Shown here piece by piece: positions 45,467 to 49,522 of a stretch of 49,522 nucleotides of DNA. Within the stretch, counting starts at the first letter, position 1, and each line of letters begins with the position of its first letter. The translations under genes were made by a program, and so were the position numbers. The notes under the pieces are model-generated. The model had not been told where the DNA came from, made no database searches, and saw only the letters and a list, made by a program, of their open reading frames with translations. Origin of the DNA: a virus (taxonomy: Duplodnaviria; Caudoviricetes); the IMG/VR virus record IMGVR_UViG_3300020045_010094, positions 1 through 49,522 of that record, one strand, 5' to 3'.

Positions 45467-46392
45467 TGCCATCACCAATATTGCCATCCAGCATAGGCGA
45501 TCCAACCGGACTTGACCCTACAGAGCGCCGCGCAATAAAGGATTTTGATCGGCGCGTAAAAGCATCGGTACAGCTCTACATCGATATGCTTGGCCGTATC
45601 GAGTTTGAAAAAATCACGGTCAATAACCGGCGCCCGCTTATCAATAAAGTGCGCTACGATTTCCGCACGTCCCCCGAAGTGCTTTTAACCATGATGGAAT
45701 CAACCGGCGAGCTGGTTGACCAGATCATACTTGAGGGAGGCTCGCGCGCGCTGTGGTTTATGGAGGGCTACATCGAGCCTGTGTATCGGCGCGGCACCAG
45801 CATGTCGATGACCAATATTGCGGCCCAGTCGAAAGACTATGCAACATCACGCCCAAGCCTTGAGGCGCTGTTAACGTCAGCGCCATATCAGCGTCGCCTT
45901 GGGTTATTGCGCGCGCGTGAATTTGAGGAAATGAAAGGCCTGTCTGATGGAATTAAAAAGGATATGGCGCAAATACTCACCGATGGTATGGGGCGCGGCC
46001 TAAACCCGCGCGATATTGCCGAGAATATGACAAAGCAGATACCAATTGAGCAGGGGCGCGCCGCGCGTATTGCCAGGACTGAGGTTCCGCAAGCATTCAA
46101 GGCTGCCCGGCGCCAAGAATCGCAGCAGGCAATGAATGACTTCGGTTTTCGGATACTGATGATGCACCTGTCAGCAATGTCGCCCACAACCAGGCGTACA
46201 CACGCAGAGCGTAATGCTACATTGCACACTATTGAAGAGCAGCAGGACTGGTATGCGCAGGATGGTAATTCGATCAACTGCAAGTGCAGTGAGATAGAGA
46301 CTTTGGTGGATGAAAACGGAGAGCCGCTATCGACCGGAGCAATCGACAAGGCAAAACAGCGAAAACTTGTGTATGCGGGGATGGAAAAATAA
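45466..46392 (+). CDS. head morphogenesis protein (SPP1 gp7 / MuF-like)
   Basis: RAARIARTE, TTRRTHAER and NSINCKCS motifs. Confidence 0.88.
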   Translation: MPSPILPSSIGDPTGLDPTERRAIKDFDRRVKASVQLYIDMLGRIEFEKITVNNRRPLINKVRYDFRTSPEVLLTMMESTGELVDQIILEGGSRALWFMEGYIEPVYRRGTSMSMTNIAAQSKDYATSRPSLEALLTSAPYQRRLGLLRAREFEEMKGLSDGIKKDMAQILTDGMGRGLNPRDIAENMTKQIPIEQGRAARIARTEVPQAFKAARRQESQQAMNDFGFRILMMHLSAMSPTTRRTHAERNATLHTIEEQQDWYAQDGNSINCKCSEIETLVDENGEPLSTGAIDKAKQRKLVYAGMEK

Positions 46393-46394
46393 AT

Positions 46395-46559
46395 CTATGC
46401 CCATCGTCTGAACTTCTTCATTTCATCGGGCGTTGCATTCAAAAGCAGCTCTGCACCTTTTCGGCAGATTTCCCCAAGTTCTTCTCGCGTAGGTCTAAAA
46501 CTGCTTATATAAACAGGGCGTCGATACTGGGTAAATTTTTTCTGGGTTATAAATTTCAT
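46395..46559 (-). CDS. small hypothetical protein (54 aa)
   Basis: Manually translated MKFITQKKFTQYRRP...; fills the gap. Confidence 0.4.
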   Translation of the reverse strand: MKFITQKKFTQYRRPVYISSFRPTREELGEICRKGAELLLNATPDEMKKFRRWA

Positions 46560-46576
46560 TTTTACATTATCTCATA

Positions 46577-46604
46577 AAAAAGGCCGCTATTAAGCGGCCT
46601 TTTT
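46577..46604. terminator. bidirectional intrinsic terminator
   Basis: AAAAAGGCCGCT-ATTA-AGCGGCCTTTTT. Confidence 0.85.
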
Positions 46605-46613
46605 AGTGGTAAT

Positions 46614-46895
46614 TTAAGCGTTAATTCGCTGCTTATCGTATCGTTCTGGCGCATCTGGATCAAGATTTTCACCTACCGATTTGGCCGCGATTAAATTTAG
46701 CTCTTGATGTTCATGGTTATCCAATGCATCGACGCCAATACCAACCGAATCAACGGCCACGACTGGCGCAACATGCAAGGCATCAGCCGCCGCCAATTCG
46801 TACCGGCAGGACTGATCACTAACCACTTCCGCACTGGCCATGAAGGACAGTGCGCACATACACAATAAAAACAATGACACGAACATCTTACGCAT
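46614..46895 (-). CDS. secreted protein with signal peptide (moron-like)
   Basis: MRKMFVSLFLLCMCALSFMASA signal peptide; GAGGAG RBS; own promoter and terminator. Confidence 0.75.
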   Translation of the reverse strand: MRKMFVSLFLLCMCALSFMASAEVVSDQSCRYELAAADALHVAPVVAVDSVGIGVDALDNHEHQELNLIAAKSVGENLDPDAPERYDKQRINA

Positions 46896-46933
46896 ATCAA
46901 GCTCCTCTCTTACGTTTAAAAACCAGGAAATTC

Positions 46934-46962
46934 AGGCTACCACTACAAAAGCCCTATTGCAA
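46934..46962 (-). promoter_or_regulatory. sigma70-type promoter
   Basis: TTGCAA-17 nt-TAGCCT with TG extension. Confidence 0.6.
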
Positions 46963-46963
46963 C

Positions 46964-46992
46964 AATAAGCCCGCCTTGTGAGCGGGCTTATT
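46964..46992 (-). terminator. intrinsic terminator
   Basis: 11-bp stem AATAAGCCCGC/GCGGGCTTATT. Confidence 0.75.
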
Positions 46993-46997
46993 TATCA

Positions 46998-47147
46998 TTA
47001 CAGCTTTATAGCAGGCTCAGTATCCACTTCCAGAACCTTATCGCCGTGCTCTGCATACTCTTTCTTCCAATACTTGAGAGCCATTGCCTCGACAGTATTT
47101 TCGGGCGTGATATGCAGGGTGTCGTCGTCGTCAAAGTAGATGCGCAT
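46998..47147 (-). CDS. small acidic protein (49 aa)
   Basis: Manually translated MRIYFDDDDTLHITPENTVEAMALKYWKKEYAEHGDKVLEVDTEPAIKL; GGTG RBS. Confidence 0.65.
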   Translation of the reverse strand: MRIYFDDDDTLHITPENTVEAMALKYWKKEYAEHGDKVLEVDTEPAIKL

Positions 47148-47157
47148 AGGTCACCGC

Positions 47158-47892
47158 CTATGCGTTTACGTTGGTAGGGTTTGCAGTTTGCGCACCAGTC
47201 GCAGTTGCGCCAGTGTTGCCAACAATCACATTGCTGTTGGTGGCGCGGGCGATTTGGCTAAAGCCAGCACACAGGCTATTAAGCGCATGGTTAATTGCTT
47301 GGAACTGCAATTGAGCCTGAGCTTGTTGCTGATTAACCTGCACTGTTACGTTGTGGCTGTTAACGTCTTCGCGGTTGATCTGACGTTGCTCAGACTCGCG
47401 CAACTGGCTAACAGTCAATTGCTGTTCAAGATCGCGAATACGATTTTGGTTGATGACCTCCAGAATGTTGCGCTCGGAATCTTTAATAGCGTTCTGAGTT
47501 ACACAGGCAGTGCGATCAACATTGGTGTCAACAGCTGCCACAGCAGCCATTAATGCAGCGGTTTGATTTGCATTTTGCAAAAGCAATGCGGTCTGGCCGT
47601 TTTGCAATTGATTTGCAGCCGCAAGAGTGGTTGCGTTAATGCTTGACTCTGCGCCACACAAGCCCAATTGAAGTTCAGCTTGAGCGTCTTTGATTTCGCC
47701 TTTTAGGTCGCCAATCGCTTTGCCGTTTAAATCGGCCTGGGTGATACAACCGCCATCGCGGTTGCCGTTATCACCCAGCAGGCCGCCACGACCAAGCAGC
47801 AAGCCGAGCAGTACGCCCATACCGCCGCCATCGCCACCGCCCAAAAAGCTGCCGCCGCGCCCGCCTACAATATCGTTAATTTCCATTGCCAT
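47158..47892 (-). CDS. Gly-rich hydrophobic N-terminus plus Asn/Gln/Ala coiled-coil protein
   Basis: 244 aa; AAGGA RBS; GGG-rich leader, LLGLLLG segment, long heptad region. Confidence 0.8.
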   Translation of the reverse strand: MAMEINDIVGGRGGSFLGGGDGGGMGVLLGLLLGRGGLLGDNGNRDGGCITQADLNGKAIGDLKGEIKDAQAELQLGLCGAESSINATTLAAANQLQNGQTALLLQNANQTAALMAAVAAVDTNVDRTACVTQNAIKDSERNILEVINQNRIRDLEQQLTVSQLRESEQRQINREDVNSHNVTVQVNQQQAQAQLQFQAINHALNSLCAGFSQIARATNSNVIVGNTGATATGAQTANPTNVNA

Positions 47893-48008
47893 GATTCACA
47901 TCCTTGTGAGTTGAAAAACTAATCCATGTTTGGCGCCGGACGCTATATAGCCAACCGGCGAAAACCAATATACTCATGGACGGCAAAGTAAAATAGAGGG
48001 ATTCTAAA

Positions 48009-48242
48009 ATGTCACAGACTTACGTGACTAAGGATGGCCGCTGCATGTGCTGCGGATCGAAAATGATTAAATGCGATATGTGCCCTCGGTATTTTTTGCC
48101 GACTGATGATAGGCATGTTAGTTGCGGAGACAAGTGCAGAAAGCGAAAAAGCAGGAAAAAAAATACCCGCTATTTGCCGAGCCGTTCCATTAACGTGTTG
48201 ATAATAGGCGCCGACGATTTAGCAGATCGTCGGCACTATTAA
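48009..48242 (+). CDS. zinc-finger protein (CGNR-like)
   Basis: CMCC, CDMC...F...SCGDKCRKRKSR; GAGGG RBS; divergent from the 244-aa gene. Confidence 0.6.
   Translation: MSQTYVTKDGRCMCCGSKMIKCDMCPRYFLPTDDRHVSCGDKCRKRKSRKKNTRYLPSRSINVLIIGADDLADRRHY
48158..48201. repeat. 44-bp perfect inverted repeat, left arm
   Basis: AAAAAATACCCGCTATTTGCCGAGCCGTTCCATTAACGTGTTGA is the reverse complement of 48558-48601. Confidence 0.95.
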
Positions 48243-48548
48243 TTTTCTCAATCTCATCCCAGTAATTGTTTGCGCGGATCTCAATGACTTTGCAAAACCG
48301 ACCTCAACAACACTATCGCTAGCGATAACGTAAGCTGTTTGCAAAACCTTCCCTCTGCCCGTAACCGTATCTATCGAATCAATTACCACTGGCATGTGCA
48401 CAGCAAAGACGCAACCGGTCATGGCAGCTTCTTTAGGCAGTTCTTTTAACTGCCGCAGAATCCACCAGAGAACAGCTTGCCTCCTTTTCCTGGGAACATT
48501 AACCATGTACTCCCAGCCGCGCGCTTTATTGGGTCTGAAGACTGGCAT
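48219..48548 (-). CDS. hypothetical protein enclosed by the inverted repeat
   Basis: 109 aa; AGGTG RBS immediately inside the right arm. Confidence 0.6.
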   Translation of the reverse strand: MPVFRPNKARGWEYMVNVPRKRRQAVLWWILRQLKELPKEAAMTGCVFAVHMPVVIDSIDTVTGRGKVLQTAYVIASDSVVEVGFAKSLRSAQTITGMRLRKLIVPTIC

Positions 48549-48557
48549 TTTTCACCT

Positions 48558-48601
48558 TCAACACGTTAATGGAACGGCTCGGCAAATAGCGGGTATTTTT
48601 T
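48558..48601. repeat. 44-bp perfect inverted repeat, right arm
   Basis: Reverse complement of 48158-48201. Confidence 0.95.
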
Positions 48602-48707
48602 ATATCTCATGCCAGTAGTTCCATGCACCAATAATAAAGCCAAGCACCCACCGCCACCAAGGCAGATCAAACATGAGTCCGGTTAGTAGGCCGAAAATCC
48701 AGTACAT
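48600..48707 (-). CDS. small Trp-rich membrane peptide (35 aa)
   Basis: Manually translated MYWIFGLLTGLMFDLPWRWWVLGFIIGAWNYWHEI; GGAG RBS. Confidence 0.6.
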   Translation of the reverse strand: MYWIFGLLTGLMFDLPWWRWVLGFIIGAWNYWHEI

Positions 48708-48719
48708 GATGCGCTCCGG

Positions 48720-49262
48720 TTATGGCTTTTTTGGTGCAGGAACCGGCATCCAATATTCTGGATTATAATGGTCAAAGTCATCATCATTTCCAGTTTCAAA
48801 AAAATCGCCACTCCAATGCACAAATGCAACCTTTTCCAAGGGTCTGTCATCAACCGGCCATGGATCAACTGCGCAGCCATAGGTTCCGCCGCACACCATA
48901 ATAACGGCTCCGTCCTTTGGTGCTGTTGATATCGGCATCCATTCCGGTATCGCTTGCGCTGGCAGTGGGTTGGCTAAATCCTCGCGAATGTAGCGCACAT
49001 CATTTTCGCTAATAGAGTGCCAGCACCAGGTAACGCCATCCGCGCGGAAATCATCTTTCTCGGTATCGTCAAATGAATCCGGATCGTGCAGCTGCAAATA
49101 TATTGCATCAGGCTCGCCGCGCTCATTGGCGTTTTCATCTATCGCTTTCTGCTCCCCCGCCTTTGCCAGTACTGCGCGCTCGATGGCATTAGCAAACTCA
49201 CGCCAGCTTCCAGTTGTTGCAACATCATCATAAATTGCTTCTTTTTCTTCATCTGTTAGCAT
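48720..49262 (-). CDS. DUF551-like domain protein
   Basis: WMPISTAPKDG...PEYWMPVPAP C-terminal domain. Confidence 0.75.
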   Translation of the reverse strand: MLTDEEKEAIYDDVATTGSWREFANAIERAVLAKAGEQKAIDENANERGEPDAIYLQLHDPDSFDDTEKDDFRADGVTWCWHSISENDVRYIREDLANPLPAQAIPEWMPISTAPKDGAVIMVCGGTYGCAVDPWPVDDRPLEKVAFVHWSGDFFETGNDDDFDHYNPEYWMPVPAPKKP

Positions 49263-49273
49263 AAAAACTCCGG

Positions 49274-49495
49274 TTAGGTTGCAGCGCCTGCATCAATAGT
49301 TATTATCCGTGTTGCGCCGACAAGCTCCATTTTTGCCTTAGGGTCATGCCCTTGGTTTTCGGCTGTCGATTCAACTAACCCAATCAGTAATCCAGAAAGC
49401 AAAGCAATCGTCAGACCCGCATCTTCTTTTGCCATTTCAGCAACAAGATCGATAATTTCGTCGTCTATGCAATATTCTTCATCTTCCATATTCAT
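49274..49495 (-). CDS. hypothetical protein
   Basis: 73 aa; its 5' part is repeated at 1-94 through the circular overlap. Confidence 0.65.
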   Translation of the reverse strand: MNMEDEEYCIDDEIIDLVAEMAKEDAGLTIALLSGLLIGLVESTAENQGHDPKAKMELVGATRIITIDAGAAT

Positions 49496-49522
49496 TCCTG
49501 CCCTGCGGGCTGTTGGTTAACT
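49402..49522. repeat. Terminal direct repeat, copy 2
   Basis: Identical to 1-121. Confidence 0.95.

Noticed and set aside
48188-48255. Integron attC-like site (TAAC, spacer, imperfect hairpin)
   Set aside because: No GTT core at the expected 3' position, no integron integrase, and no array of similar sites.
49402-49522. 121-bp terminal repeat as a biological DTR
   Set aside because: It falls mid-gene and has a k-mer-like length, so it is best explained as circular assembly overlap. True termini cannot be inferred from it.

Overview
This window is an apparently complete, circularly permuted tailed-phage genome of about 49.4 kb. Bases 1-121 repeat exactly at 49402-49522, so the unit length is 49,401 bp. 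I found no integrase, so it is probably virulent. A putative iteron-type origin at 5159-5756 separates two arms. The rightward early/replication arm (5757-24870) carries a DUF3987 P-loop protein, tRNA-Gly, two adenine methyltransferases, an HNH endonuclease, an SF2 helicase, a RecE-like exonuclease, an SSB-like protein and VRR-NUC. The leftward genes are the terminase, a string of small accessory genes, T1-like head/neck genes, a GTA-like tail tip and the lysis genes. The most striking observations are: (1) an HNH homing-endonuclease gene inserted in the 5' end of the helicase, with a diverged replacement N-terminus downstream and the old N-terminus kept as a translationally coupled leader ORF; (2) a perfect 44-bp inverted repeat bracketing a single orphan gene; (3) a promoter-driven island of structured non-coding sequence around an atypical tRNA-Gly; (4) a portal + head-morphogenesis pair inverted relative to all other virion genes, with face-to-face promoter motifs; and (5) a G11 tract inside a methyltransferase. 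All family calls come from motif recognition by eye, not from database searches.
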